DNA of 64,000 nucleotides from Octopus sinensis (lineage: Eukaryota), in the NCBI RefSeq assembly GCF_006345805.1, contig NC_042998.1:137206001-137270000 (forward strand). Reading direction: 5' to 3'. The translations under genes and the position numbers were made by a program. Below the pieces are notes generated by a model. It made no database searches. It saw nothing but the letters and a program-made list of their open reading frames with translations, and was not told the origin of the DNA. Position 1 is the stretch's first letter, and each line of letters begins with the position of its first letter. Below, piece by piece: positions 38,036-51,835 of the stretch.

Positions 38036-39669
38036 CGCTCACACACACACAGAACAAATGTAACAAAATGCATTTGATCTGAGTAAGCAATGCTATAAAG
38101 TGTTACGCTGATGAACTGTTGTGGTTTAGCATTCAATTGCACTTTGAACACCCACTGCAAAGGATGCAAGTAACCACAATGGTGAAACGTATGTTGGGAA
38201 CAATTGATATAAAATACATCTTGCTTATCATACATACATAATGGTTAGTCGCTTGCTGGATCAGTTAGAAAATCTTTGAGTCTACTACGTTCTCGTACTT
38301 CAGTGATGCTTTAGAATAAATTTCTTCAACCCTTTGTGTTATTTCAACCTATGTTTATTGATCGACTGCACCTAATACAGAAGGAATGTTCAGTGAGTTA
38401 TGGGCTGTGAAAGTATCCTTTTATTTTGGTGGAGACACCCTGCAGCTCTAACAATCAAAACTGAGTCGTAGACTCGGCCCACCTACATATCTACATCACA
38501 GTTTACCGTAATTCTGCCTTTGTTACTTAGACACTTTCCAAATATGACTAGCGGTTTTTATCTAGATGAAAGAAAAACGTTTTATGGAACTGAAATGGAT
38601 GTTTTAACATATATGTATTCTCCAAAGATATTAGTGAATCGAGATAGTTTCAATCAAGCCACGATGGCACTCTCAGTTTTGGAACTGCTTTCTAAAAATA
38701 CTAAATAAATAAATACATTAATCATTTAGTTGGCATGTGAACATTTTCTAACTCTACTCTATAACACTTACTCGCACTTCTCCCCTAATATTATCATACT
38801 CCACTCTGTATTTCTACTCACACTTCTCCTCTTAATATCATTATACACAACCACTACCACCACAGTTTTTCTTGTTTATAGGTTTCACATAGTTTGATAT
38901 TGTTTGGGTGCAGCAACAGTGGTTTAAATTTGCACTTCTTGGAATGTATGTGTGTATGTGTAATTGTCATTTTGCAGATCGTTCTTGTTGTTGTTGTTGT
39001 TGTTACTACTACCAGTACTACTACTACTACTACTACTACTTTAGTTGCTTTGGAATTGTAGTTGTGATTATTATGCTGGATTATCGCCAAAAACTGGCCA
39101 TAGTATTTTTAACACTCCTTAATTGGGGTCCAGAATAACTAGGTGAGATGTGTGTGGGCGCACGTCTCTGCTACAATGTAATTAAAATAAGTATCAGCAC
39201 ATTTTCATGTTAGTGATAATGATATTTGTTAAAATGTTAGAAAGATCAACATAGCTCTCTTTTCGTATCAGAACGTTACTAAGATAGAAAAGAAATGTTA
39301 GTGATATACTGGCTTAATTCGTTCAATTTAATCTCTCTCCTAGAGAACTGACTATTTCTCTCCAAAAGATATAAATATGTAATATCTACAGTTTTATTGT
39401 AATAATTCAGAATTTTCGAAGTCCCTACGTTATAGGGGGGAAATAATTAAAAGGTGGCTCATTGATCTATATCCTAATTAAGCAGAAATACTTTTAGGTA
39501 TTCGGGAAATAGTCGACTAATGAACTCAGTATACCGTAGTACTCTTATTACTATTAATTCTGATCCTATTTGAACTTTGAATAATGAGCCACTGCGTATA
39601 ATCTAAACTACGAATGACATTTTAAAGCTTGTATTATTATTTTTTAAAGTAAAAGTAAAATAATAAAAC

Positions 39670-39830
39670 ATGCAGGAGCAATTGTGTGGTAAGTAGCTTG
39701 CTTCCCAACCACATGGTTCCGAGTTCAGTTCCACTGTGTGGCACCTTGGACAAGTGTCTCCTATAGCCTCGGTTTGACCAAAGCCTTATGAGTGGATTTG
39801 GTAAGAAGGGAAATTGAAAGAAGCCCGTCG

Positions 39831-39861
<31 letters not shown>

Positions 39862-40090
39862 ATGGATGGATGGATTTGTGTGTGCTTGTCCTCCCACCAT
39901 CGCTTGACAACCGATGTTGTGTTTACGTCCCCGTAACTTAGCGGTGCGGCAAAGGACACCGTTAGAATAAGTACTAGGCTTACAAAGAATAAGTCTCAGC
40001 TACAAAGAATAAGTCCTAGAGTCGATTTGTTCGACAAAAGGCGGTGCTCCAGTATGGCCGCAGTCAAATGACTGAAACAAATAAAAGAAT
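39670..40090 (+). mobile_element. Near full-length OR/CORE-like tRNA-derived SINE with internal (TA)n
   Basis: GTGGTAAGTAGCTTGCTTCCCAACCACATGG..CCTTGGACAAGTGTC..GGCGGTGCTCCAG..TGACTGAAACAA. Confidence 0.85.
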
Positions 40091-40828
40091 TAGGAAGTAT
40101 CTCAAATTTCTATTTCTTTATTTTAACAATCGTTATATACATATATTAACGCTTGACAATTTTTTTTCAACGCAACAGCACGTTGTTATATAATAATGTA
40201 TTGCGTTGGCGGACGTTTTCACCAACCACTTATCAAGGGAGGTAACTTACATTATTCGAATCCGGAGCTGTTGAGAGTGATATTTTTCCTTCTTTGGGAT
40301 TGCCACATACACATGCACATTTTTATTTTTAATTAGCAGAAAGTTACGAAAGTGACTCAGAGGGCGAGCGTTTTTTATACGAAACTTATAATGTACGAAG
40401 CTTTCGGCCCTTGGGTTACTTTTATAACTTTCCTCTATTTGATCAACTAAACTCTTCAAGGTAGTGCCCTAGTATAGCTACAGTCCAATGACTGAAAAAA
40501 AGAGTAAAAGAGTTTATTTAATAAATCTCTACTTATGTATCAATAATTTAATTTATAAATTCCTAATAGCTAAATCAATGTTCATCAAGTTAGGTGATGG
40601 TGTGTATGCGATGACATTTGTGAAAGATTCTTAGTAAATTCATATTTACCTTTTAGTTAGAGAAAGCAAACACAAACCTAACAAACTAATTGCTAGTAAC
40701 TCTCAAAGAATAGGGAATAAAAATTCAAGAAATTAAGAATGTCATAGAAAATAGAATTCTCATGCTGGTTGGGGACAGTAGGGAAATTTCATTTTTGCTA
40801 GCAGATTAACAAAACTGTTCACACATGC

Positions 40829-40881
<53 letters not shown>

Positions 40882-41467
40882 CATACACAAACACACACAC
40901 AAACCGGCTTCAATACTGTTTCTATCTACCAAATTCACTCACAAGACATTGCCTAGCCCAGGATCATAATTAATACCACTTGCCCATGGTGCTGCCCTGT
41001 GGGACGGAACCCAAAACCATCTGATTGTGTAGCAATATTGAAATGACATCTCATTACAGCTATGATGTATCTTGGTACTATTGGATCTCTTTAATAAAAC
41101 ATAGTATTCTCAGGCCTGTTTTGCTCGGTTAACATTGATTTACATGAATTCTTAAAGGGTTACCACTAATTTTAGCCAGTATAATTTGCATAATTACAAA
41201 AGAGTGAAGTGAGATAAAGGAGTGAACTTAAAGTGAACTCAAGTAGATTAGAAGCAAGAACTTAGACAATTTTAGATGGATGGTGATGTACAGAATGATA
41301 TCATCATCATCATTTAATACTTGTTTTCCATGCTAGCATGGATTGGACAGTTTGACAGGATCCAGCAGGGTTGTGTTCAACTCCAATGCCAGTTTTGGCA
41401 CGGTTTCTAAAGCTGGTTTTTCTTCCTAATGCAAAATATTTTCAAGGCACTGAAAATTTCCCTTTAG

Positions 41468-41557
41468 TTGATGAAAGCCAAAAACCTAGCAGCAATTGTT
41501 AGAGACTCAAAGAAATGGGAAGATAGTTTCAATAAATTAAGAATCTTAACTAGAAAT
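41468..41557 (+). CDS. Candidate internal exon of an unidentified host gene
   Basis: Acceptor TTTCCCTTTAG, donor GTAAAT, 90 bp open in phase 0 (LMKAKNLAAIVRDSKKWEDSFNKLRILTRN); no family recognised. Confidence 0.25.
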
Positions 41558-41587
41558 GTAAATTTAAATTCATAGTCATCTATATGA

Positions 41588-41638
<51 letters not shown>

Positions 41639-41873
41639 CATGTATATAGATTTTTTGCTTCCTGATCATCTTTGGACAGGAATATGGTTAAGGAAACCAA
41701 AGTGTAATACACCCATTTGCCAGTGGAATACAAGTTTTCATTCATCATTGTAGTGATTGTTGTATATAGTTGTAAGATCCTAACAGTAAATATATTTCAC
41801 ATTAGTAATTTGTATAAAGAACAGACAAATAAATACACATAATGCTGACTTTAAGTATCACAGAAAGGTACAA

Positions 41874-41950
41874 AAGTGACTCAAATGCCAAGAGTTTTGT
41901 GCTAGGGTCTTATCATACCCTGCATGAAACTCTTGGCCCTAGAATGACTT
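41874..41950 (+). ncRNA. Pre-miRNA-like hairpin
   Basis: 21-bp stem with two G-U pairs and one bulge, 8-nt loop, weaker basal extension. Confidence 0.3.
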
Positions 41951-42103
41951 ATGTAACTTTCTGCCAATTAGAAATAATAAAAACCATTTATACTCATGTA
42001 TTGAATTCTATTTCTTTCTTTGTTCTACCTAACCTCTTTCTATATATATATTCATAAAGTGAATATTTACATTAAATACTTTTGATAAATTTGACTTTTC
42101 TTA

Positions 42104-42190
42104 TTGTGAAAAGCCAACATGAGACAACCTCTTTCTTGTCACTTGGTGAAAAGCCAACAGGAGATAACCTCTTTCTTATCACTTGGTGAC
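42104..42190. repeat. About 40-bp tandem duplication (2 copies plus a partial)
   Basis: TGAAAAGCCAACA(T/G)GAGA(C/T)AACCTCTTTCTT(G/A)TCACTTGG twice. Confidence 0.9.
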
Positions 42191-43039
42191 AATAACATGT
42201 AAAGCCAAATGCTTTCATTTATTTTCAATGACAAACACATATCTTATGTACCTATGTCTAGATGAAGAAATTGTAGTGATTATAAAGAACATAAATTAAA
42301 CAAGGCCAGCTAATTTTGACTTCACTAATTCAATCATAGCTTTATATTTGTACATAGCAAATTTATGACATTCTATTCTTGTCATGATATTTATATATTT
42401 CCACTGATAATCTTGATTTCTCAAGATTTTCTTTCCATACATTTTTAGAAGTTCTTAAAGTGTTTCAGATAGCTGATTGTGAAAGTTGAAATGTTAAATA
42501 TCTTCCATATTAGTTTCAGGTGAAAAAAATAGCTAAAACTTAAAATTGATTGCGTAGTAGTGTATGTGTTAAAAAAATGGCTTTTCTAGCCTCAAATGCA
42601 TTTTAAATTGTTACATCCTTCCATGCTTGTATTTCTTTACAACTTCTAGAAATATTGGATCCCTATTTCACTTCTTCAGACTAATCAAAAAACAGGATTT
42701 CTGTTTTTGTCTAACCAGAAAATCTTGCTCAACTTTATATTGTAAGACACTACTGGAATATTAAAGGCAAATTTGAGATTGAAATTTCATGGATATGAAA
42801 ACACTGCTTTCAACAACTACTACTAAGTGGTTCCCTGGAATAAGTTTAGATAGAAAAACTAAAAAAAAAACATCCAAAGCAAAATATACCAAGAGAAGAA
42901 ATAGATAATATTATCAGACCCTGGTTTATCTAATAAATGTAAAATATAAAACTAATAATTAGGACTAAAAATGGTGATCTGTGCAAATAAACAAACTTTC
43001 TTAAGGCTGATGAAAAAAATAACAACAATAGTAATTATT

Positions 43040-43346
43040 TATTTATGCACCCTTTTCAAGCCTAGCCAGGCTCATGGGCCTGGTTTCCCGGTTTCTGTGG
43101 CGTATGTGTTCCCCCCAGCTAGATGGGACGCCAGTCCATCGCAGTGTTACTCAAGAAACAGGAAGAGAGAGTGAGAGAAAGTTGGGGTGAAAGAGTACAA
43201 CAGGGGTCGCCCACCCCCTGCTGGAGCCTCATGGAGCTTTAGGTGTTTTCGCTCAATAAACACACACAACGCCCAGTCTGGGAATCGAAACCACAATCCT
43301 CTAACTGTGAGTCCGCTGCCCTAACCACTGGTCCATTGCGCCTCTA
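43040..43346 (-). mobile_element. tRNA-headed SINE, same head as 1576-2045 but a different tail; relatively young
   Basis: GTAGAGGCGCAATGGACCAGTGGTTAGGGCAGC..GGTTTCGATTCCCAGAC; keeps its CpGs inside a CpG-poor domain. Confidence 0.85.
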
Positions 43347-45585
43347 CAACAATAGTAATGATTCATTCTAATTTTAGTACAAGGCTTAGCAGTTTTGAGA
43401 GGGGGCAAATTGATTATATCAACCTCTGGTACATTATTTTATCAACCCTGAAAGGATGAAAGGCAAAGTTCACTGTAGTTATACTTGAACCAGAAAGTAA
43501 AGACGTGGAAGAAATAATGCAAGGTATTTTATCTAATATGCTAACAATTCTGTAATCCACTACCAACAATTTTAAAATCAGAGAGAGCTCCTCATGACAA
43601 AGTTTTTAGGCACAAAAAAAAAGAAGAAGAAAAACAAGAAAAAAAGAAAGAATGAAGCAAACTGCCAAATACCTTACAGAAATTAGAATAGAGCTCAAAA
43701 AGCACCTTAGAGATTTACAAAATCATGAATTCAGTTTTTATTTATTTCAATTAACCTTGATGTAAAAACCATGCTACATAACTTACACAGTTATCCCTTT
43801 TTCCTGATAGATAACTAATTTATATCATTTATCTAAAATTTGTTTGTCATCTATTTACCAATCCGAAGAAATGCAGAAACTATGATTAAGGAGAATTATT
43901 TAGATGAAATTAACTAACATTTAACCAAAAGCCACAAACTGTTAGTTTATAATGGAAAAAAGCCAAAAATCAAGTATAGACATCCAGATTTGAATATTTG
44001 AGCAGGTTCTAGGACAAAATAAATATTATGCAATTCACACATCTAAAGATTAGAATTAAAAGCCCACTATTAAGAACCATATACCATAAGTTGCTTTAAG
44101 TAGAAAACTCTTCTTGTTTTTATAAAGAATTTGTACAACTAAAATTTTCCACTTTACTGATGTCCTTCACACAAAATTCTTTACATAATAATATTGAGAA
44201 TACTGTGGAAATTCTGAAAGAAAGATGCTGTTTTGATGTTCCTCAACTGATGTTTCTAAAATAACAGCAGCAACATACAGAACTTATTTATATTAGTGAG
44301 CTACAGCACAGTATCATTATCAAGTTTATGTGATATTTTTAGAACTCACAGTCAACAATCTACAATCTGTTCTGCTCTAATAGCTCCAGGAATTGCAAGG
44401 AATAATTATAGTGATTTGTATCCTTAACTTGGCATCAGATGTATTGAAAGCTGAGAAGTCTTACCTGTTGAGTAGGCTAACCAAATTTCTACTCATCACA
44501 CCACAAATAAACATTGCTATTTATTTTTTATGTGACTGGCACAAGAATTTCAACTGAAAATAATACTGTTTACAATTAGACACCTTACGCAATGAACCTT
44601 CTTACTGTACAGTTAGTTGAAACTAGAACTGCTGGAAATTATTCAGAAAACTTTCATTCATAGTAACATTATAAATAACAACTATAGATATTTAGCAGTA
44701 TTTTTAACAGTTACCAGCAAAAGTATAAAGCTGAAGGAAAGAACTATTAGTTCTTTTATTTCATTTATTTCTACTTATCTGTTTCAATATGGAAAAGTTT
44801 TGAAGGGCTTGAATTCCAAAGTCCATATTCCAAATCTGTAACACCTAACAATATGTATCACTGGAAATAAAAGTATCCTTAAATACCAGTCCCATCAAAT
44901 ATTTTCCTGCTTGCTTGGCAAACATATAGTTTTGGGTTTAGTGCCATTACGTTCCACCTTCAGCAAACACCTTCTACCATAGCCTGGGGCCTTGTAAGTA
45001 AATTTGGTTGACAAACACTGTGGAAACTGGTCATTTGTGTGCGGTGTGTGTGCATGTGCCTTCATATTTGTCCCCAACCACTGCTTGACAACCAGTATTG
45101 GCTTCTTTATGTTAAATAACTTAGCAGTTTGACAACCAATAAAATAAGTGCCGTGTTAAAAAAAAAATAAATGCTGGGGTCAAGTATTCAGCTAAACCCT
45201 TCAGACAGTGCCTTAGCATGGCCACAGTTGAATGACTAGAACAAGAAAAGATTAAAGAATAGTCTTTCTCAGAAATACTTCATTTGCAAAATTCAATTGC
45301 AAATTATTAAAAAGGAATTTTTGTTTTAGAACAAGCAGTGTAGAAAGATAAGCACAGAGTAAACATTCTTTAGCATTATAAAAAAAGCTTAAACCTAGTT
45401 AAGTGCAAGTCTTGCAGATTTTTCCCCCCATTTCTAAATTGTTTGCTTGGTCAAAATACTTGTAACAACTTGTAAGTGTTAACTTTAAATTAAAATCTTA
45501 AAATGATCTGAAATATTAATACAGAACATTGAAGCTGATGTGATGAAAATGAACAATGAACATACATGTTAGCTTTGAAGCTCAC

Positions 45586-45669
45586 ATGTACAAAAATAAA
45601 ACAAAAGTATTGAGGCCAAGGAAAACCAATTATTATTTCAAGTGTATATTCACCTTGATCATCTCCAAA
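45586..45669 (-). CDS. Candidate internal exon of an unidentified host gene
   Basis: Acceptor TTATTATTTCTATTAG, donor GTGAGC, 84 bp open in phase 0 (FGDDQGEYTLEIIIGFPWPQYFCFIFVH). Confidence 0.35.
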
Positions 45670-45905
45670 CTAATAGAAATAATAATTTCTACATTAGCAA
45701 CATTGATTTTTCTCTTTCACATTCTCTTCTTCAATGACTATCAATATAGCTTTTGTAAAGTATAATCAAGACCTGTCCTTTCTTCCCTTGTCATTGCCAG
45801 ATGGTTTCTTAGAAAACTTAGTGCCTCATGTACCAATATTAATGCATCATTCTAAAGACACCATACCAGCCCACATACTCCATCCTATTACAATTCAGCT
45901 TCCAA

Positions 45906-45954
<49 letters not shown>

Positions 45955-46271
45955 CTTTTAATCATTCCTATTTACACTGTAACTAGAAAATATCAGATAA
46001 AACTACTTAATCTAAAATGTAATGCCTGACTTTCTGAACCGCTTTTTTTTTTTTTAATATAACAGAAGTTTACTGGTAAATCAATATCAATTGACCTAAA
46101 TTCAGATATTTGATGTAGAATGAAAAATTTATATTTAGAATACAACAGCTAATTTGTGTTGTGAAACAATTTGTTGTCATTAGTATCATTTTATTACATA
46201 ATGTCTTTTCCATTTTCATTCATCAATCACCATTTGCTACTGATATCATGGTGTGATGTACATGTTCTCAC

Positions 46272-46401
46272 CCAGTTTTGAAGTTACAAAGTGGCAGACA
46301 GCCATCTTTCCCACTGGAAAGTATGCTATGTTATTTTCAGAGGATTTGCATTTCACAAAACACACATTAATCATACTGTTTCCACTGATTACAGCAATAA
46401 A
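46272..46401 (-). CDS. Candidate internal exon of an unidentified host gene
   Basis: Open frame FIAVISGNSMINVCFVKCKSSENNIAYFPVGKMAVCHFVTSKLG ending at donor G/GTGAGA; acceptor position uncertain. Confidence 0.25.
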
Positions 46402-48306
46402 CTAATTCCCAAATGCATCTCGTTATAATTGAGATTTATGTCTTTCTGCCAGGACATAGTACTATATATTCTGATCATTGATTCATACAGATAGAGATTC
46501 CATGTCAAAGCCCATCAATACTGAATTTAGCTTTTGAGACATTCTTTATTGACTGTAAAGAGATGGCTAATTGCATTGCAGACTAGCTATGTCAATTCCA
46601 AGTTTAAATCTACTTATAATTAACTTTGGGTTTCATACCTCTAGAGGAGGAGAGGTCAGTGATAAAAGTAGTAATATAGAGGATTAAATTCACTGACTAT
46701 ATTCCTGCTACAAAATTATGCATAGTTAGCTGAATAAAACTTAATCTTTTCAATTACTATAGCCTTTTATCCTACAGTTTAAAAAAACAAAATTTCTCAC
46801 GCAAGTGCAAGGTCACAAATTTGTAAAGGGAGAGGAGTTGCAGTTGTTTGAATTCCCTCCATTACATGACTAGCATTTACTGTATCAACCTCAGGAAACA
46901 AAATGCAAAAGCTGATTCGGATGGAATTTTAATTCAGAGCATAGGACTAGACTAAATACTGAAAATATTTAATCTAATACACCACCATTTATGCCAGTCT
47001 ACTCTCCTCATCCTATATAAGAATTTGTTTTAAATTCCACCAGAAAAACTGTAGGAATAGCTATTCATACAGATGTGGGAAAGATTTTGATTGTTTCGGT
47101 CATTGTTCCATGGCCATGCTGGGGCACTGCCTTAAAGGATTTAGTCAAATCAATCATAGTACTTATTTTTAAGATTGGTACTTATTCTTCAGTCTTGTTT
47201 ACTGAACCACTAGAATACAGGGATGTAAACAAACCAATACCGGTTGCCATGCAGTGATGAGACAAACACAACATACATACAGACAAATAGAAAGATGTAC
47301 AACAAGCTATTTTCAGATTTAACATCATCATTTAATGTTCATTTTCCATGCTGGCATGGATTATTCCCTATCTACCAAATCCACTCACAAAGTTTTGGTC
47401 AGCCCAGAGCTACAATAGTATACACCTGCCCATGGTGCCTCACAGTGGGACTGAACTCAAGACCACATGTTTGGGAAGGAAGCTTAACCACACAACCGAT
47501 TTTTTTTTTCTTTTTATTTAAGTATCAAGCTCATTTTAATAGAGAATCAATATAGTTCACTGAATCAGGAGACAGAAAGATGAAGTCAGAGCTAGCAGGA
47601 TTTGAACTCACAACAACAAGGCATTGAATCAGCTGCAGTATAACTGACAATCCTTTGATATCCAGTTTCTTAAAACTGGTGTTGCTGACAAATTATATAT
47701 TTACTGCCTACATATCTTTTCTGCATGATACAGCCACCATAATTAGTTGCTTTTTAAACAAACAATAATCATGTCAATTTAGAGCTTAGTTATCTGTGTT
47801 TGGCATTCTTCAGCTAATGGAATATTTTAAACCTTAAATTTACATCCTAATCTTTTATTCATTGAGCCAAAGAAAGATTCTCAATGACATGAAGCTCATT
47901 TAAGCCCAAGGATTGCCAAAACATTGACAAATTAACAGCTATTAAATGTTACAAGGGTTAAATGTGAAAAAAATTTAGATGTTTATCAGTAATGTTTTCC
48001 AACAAATTTTTTAAGCTTATCAGTCAATTTAAATGTAACAGTTTACAATATCAGCTACTTCCCGACCTCTACATTTTATCAGCCATGAATATTGTAATGA
48101 AATAAAATCAATGTCTAATGACATAATTATTTATAATTTAAAAGTGATAGCAAATCACATGCATGTGTGTCTAAAAAAGTGCAATTCTTATCAGAGAATA
48201 CTACATTTGACTGAGAACTATTTAAAAATATATATCAATTTTCACAAATAGTACAGTTATATAATAGTTATATAAACACACTTATAACATAACATTATAT
48301 ACATAT

Positions 48307-48680
48307 ACTAGCACTATGACCCGGCAATGCCGGGTCATAGTGCTAGTGCATGCATATACAGCTATGTGCGTGCACACAAACATGCGAGTACTGTGTAAAT
48401 CTCCAACCAATCACATACAGCTAGCTGGCATTCAATTGGCGTATCAAGTTTCGGGCATTTTGATTGGATTTTGGATAAAAAATTCACAAAAGAGTCACTT
48501 CTATTGATTTTTTAATGGCTTTGCGGGGTGACTGGGGAAATGTAAAGATGTGCATGACCACCCTTGGATGGTTTTGAATGACCATAAAAAGTGCGAGCCC
48601 TCTAACTGAAAAATTGTGGATTTGTATAAAGGATACACACACACACACCCAGACATTTTGCTGTTTATATATAGAGAGAT
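48307..48680 (+). mobile_element. Helentron-associated non-autonomous element (HINE/DINE-1-like)
   Basis: 5' perfect 19-bp-arm palindrome ACTAGCACTATGACCCGGC-AAT-GCCGGGTCATAGTGCTAGT; internal (CA)n; 3' end CAGACATTTTGCTGTTTATATATAGAGAGAT. Confidence 0.75.
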
Positions 48681-51529
48681 ATACATAATCATCATTTAAC
48701 ATCCACTTTTCATGCTCACATGGGTTCAATGGAGATATATATATATATATAATCTCACATATACATGATATATATTTATTTTATCAGCTGAGATAAGAGA
48801 AATTATTCAAGGGCCTGGTATTTTATGCTAAAGAACTTGTCAAGCTTAAAAATTATAAAGAAAGAGCTAAGAATTTCTATATAGTATGCAGAATTTTCTA
48901 GAAATTGTTCAATCATGCTAAATTACTTGCATATAGCATTTTACATACATTCTCAAAATTTACTCAGTTTCATTGTCACCAACAGTTTTTCTGTATTCAT
49001 TTTCATCTCATTGTTACTATGGTTGCACGTTTGTACTCTTTACAAACAAACCTCACTTGGATTGTGGAATCTCACTTCATACACTGAGCACTTCAGCATG
49101 CAGCTCTCTCACTTAGCTACCACTCACCTTTATTCACATTTGCATCTTCACTAAATTCAGTTAAGTACATAACTGCATTTAGTACAAGTGTACTGGGCTA
49201 CAAAATCTACATGAACATACACACACTACCGCCTACATCTACTTCATTAATCTGAAATATATACTGAAGATTAATATCAAGTAAAACATATATGTGCCTC
49301 TGCACCATACTAAACGGTAAAATCAGAATATGTATCCATATGCACATGTGTACCAACATAACTTCTATCTAATATGCTGGGACGTGTATGCAGTTGCAGA
49401 ATGTGTGTACGTGTGAGGCTGGGTGGTTAAGAAATCTGTTTTCCAATTATCAGTCTGATATGGGTTTGATCTACTGCATGGCATCTTAGGTAGTTGCTTT
49501 TACTATAGCTTTGGTTAACCCATCTCTTCTGAGTGAAATTGAAAAGAATGTACAGATATCCATCAGATGGATTGTACTTATGAATTCAAAGATCCAGTTT
49601 CATCACACACTGCCCTACTGCCTCTGCTTGAGGATTATATTAAGATACATGTATCTGTGGAATATTCAACCACTTAGATACCAATTCAATGAGTAGGTAG
49701 TTCAGTTGATTGACACCCAGCATCAAAATAGATGGAGATCTGTTTATTTTGTTTACCTATATGTATATATGAATGTATGTGTGCGTATGCATGCATACAT
49801 TTTTATACCATTAATCACTAGATTGTACTATTAGAAATGAATGGACTTTAGACTCCCCTACCCACCTCTAGAACCTAAATGATAACATGGAAAAATAGAA
49901 CATGCACTCATAATATGACACATGGAAGAATGTTATCTAGATATATATATAAATAGGCCTATGTATATAACATATTACTAAAATTGTGTATATAGATATG
50001 GAGATATGCTTGTGCTTGTAGGTTATATGCATGTATATATGTTTAACAATTTGCATATAAATCTGGAAGTATGTGCTCTGTATATGCATGTGTTGTTACT
50101 GAGCAGCTACATGTGTGCTTTATACATACATTTCTATTATTAAGCAGTCGTTTGTATAAAGTTAACCCCACCCCACCCCCACATACTTGTGTACTTTACA
50201 TGTTTTGTTGTCTTGTAGTTCTCCATCTTTTCTTCTCTGACCCACCCCAGCATCTGCTAACAAGTCTCCTCACTGCCTTAGCACCACTTTCACAATCTTG
50301 TTACTCCCCCCCACTGCAATGCTTCTATAGGCACATTTTATGTGTATTTTATATTGTTTATCATGTATATTCTTTTACTTGTTTCAGTCATTAGACTGCA
50401 GCCATCTTGAATAGATAAGATTTTTATGCATTTTTTTAATGTGTTCTTCTACATGCTTCTTTATGGACACATATCTGTGTACAGTTTGACATAACATCTA
50501 TGCTTTTATACACACTAACATATTTGCATATATATATATATGCGTGTCTGTGTATGTTTGCATGTAAATGTCTACACCTGTACAATCATACAAAATGAAT
50601 ATGTAAGTTTTTATATATACATGTACATGATATGTGCTTGTATGTAAAGATATATATATACATGTGTGTGTCTGTGTGTGTGTGCATGCTCTATATATCT
50701 TTAGGCAGATACATGCTAGTATACATGTCTTTGCACACAGGCAAACGTCAGGTTATTTATCATGATGTACGTGTATACATCTTGAATGTATCTATGCCTC
50801 AGTGTTTGTGTATAAGATACAGGTATGGATGTGTGATTAGGATGTTCACTTTGGAACTAAAGTTTCAAGTTCCGTCCCACTGAGCACTATTTTCAATGAG
50901 TGTCTTCTACTCTAACTCCAGGCCAACCATTACCTTGTGGGTGAATTTAGTAATCAGAGTGTATTTACATTCTGCACTTCTCATGAAAAAGATACAGATG
51001 ATGCTTGTTATTTGCTCATCAACAAATTGTCCTGGATGTTTCCATAGAATGGAGACTCCAATGCTTCAAAAACAGGCAAGAGCTAGCTACAGGAATGGTA
51101 TCTGTGTAAAACAACACCCTAAATTATAGGTATTCATATAACCCATGCTACCATGATGGAACAGACATAAAACGGAAAAATGTCTGTGTATGTGTGTAAT
51201 CATACACACATAATACTTCCCACATTCACAACCTATTATGCAAGTGAGTTTTCAGATGTATTTACTGTATTTCTGTAACATTAAACGTTATTTTCTAGAA
51301 TATTCTATTTACTTTATAAGAATATCTTACTGTTTCAAGTTCTTGTTAGAGAAGTATTTTGTCAGAAACTCTAGTTCTTTGAGTATCACCTGTAGTTTTC
51401 TAAGCTCATAAGATTATATCTCTTCTACAAGACACCAGTTTCTGTCTCTCTGTCACACTCTAACTGTTCATTATCTGACACAAGATCAACTCCTCCAATA
51501 CCCCTCCCCTCTCAAAGATTCCTTGTCTT

Positions 51530-51835
51530 GCAAAGTTACTTGGTGGCCCTGCTAGTGCTGGTCCCACTTAAAAAGCATCCAGTCCACATTGTGAAGTGGT
51601 TGGTATCTGAGAGGGCATCCAACTGTAAAAACCATGCCAAAACTGACCTCGCCTGAGCTGGTTCCACATAAAAAAACACTCCGTTCACTCTCCGGTGTGG
51701 TTAGTGTTAGGAAGGGCATCCAGCCGTAAAAACTGTGTCAAAACAGACACAGAAGTGCAGTGCAGGCTTCTGTCAAACCATTCAACCCATGCCAGCATGG
51801 AAGTAAGACGTTAAACGACAATGATGATCATGATC
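51530..51835 (+). mobile_element. RTE 3'-UTR-derived short element
   Basis: GAAGGGCATCCAGCCGTAAAA..CCCATGCCAGCATGGAA..CGTTAAACGA(TGA)n tail. Confidence 0.75.

Noticed and set aside
38520-38708. Protein-like ORF HFPNMTSGFYLDERK..LLSKNTK with a possible acceptor
   Set aside because: No family recognised, no linked exons, and an equally plausible acceptor exists on the opposite strand; outside the CpG-depleted domains.
43600-44900. Several 30-75-aa protein-like plus-strand frames as one pseudogene
   Set aside because: No consistent frame, motif or splice pattern; such frames arise readily in AT-rich DNA.
45539-45620. RTGATGA box-C-like motif (also near 60885) as a C/D snoRNA
   Set aside because: No suitably spaced box D with a terminal stem; the 60885 case is the (GAT)n tail of an RTE-derived repeat.
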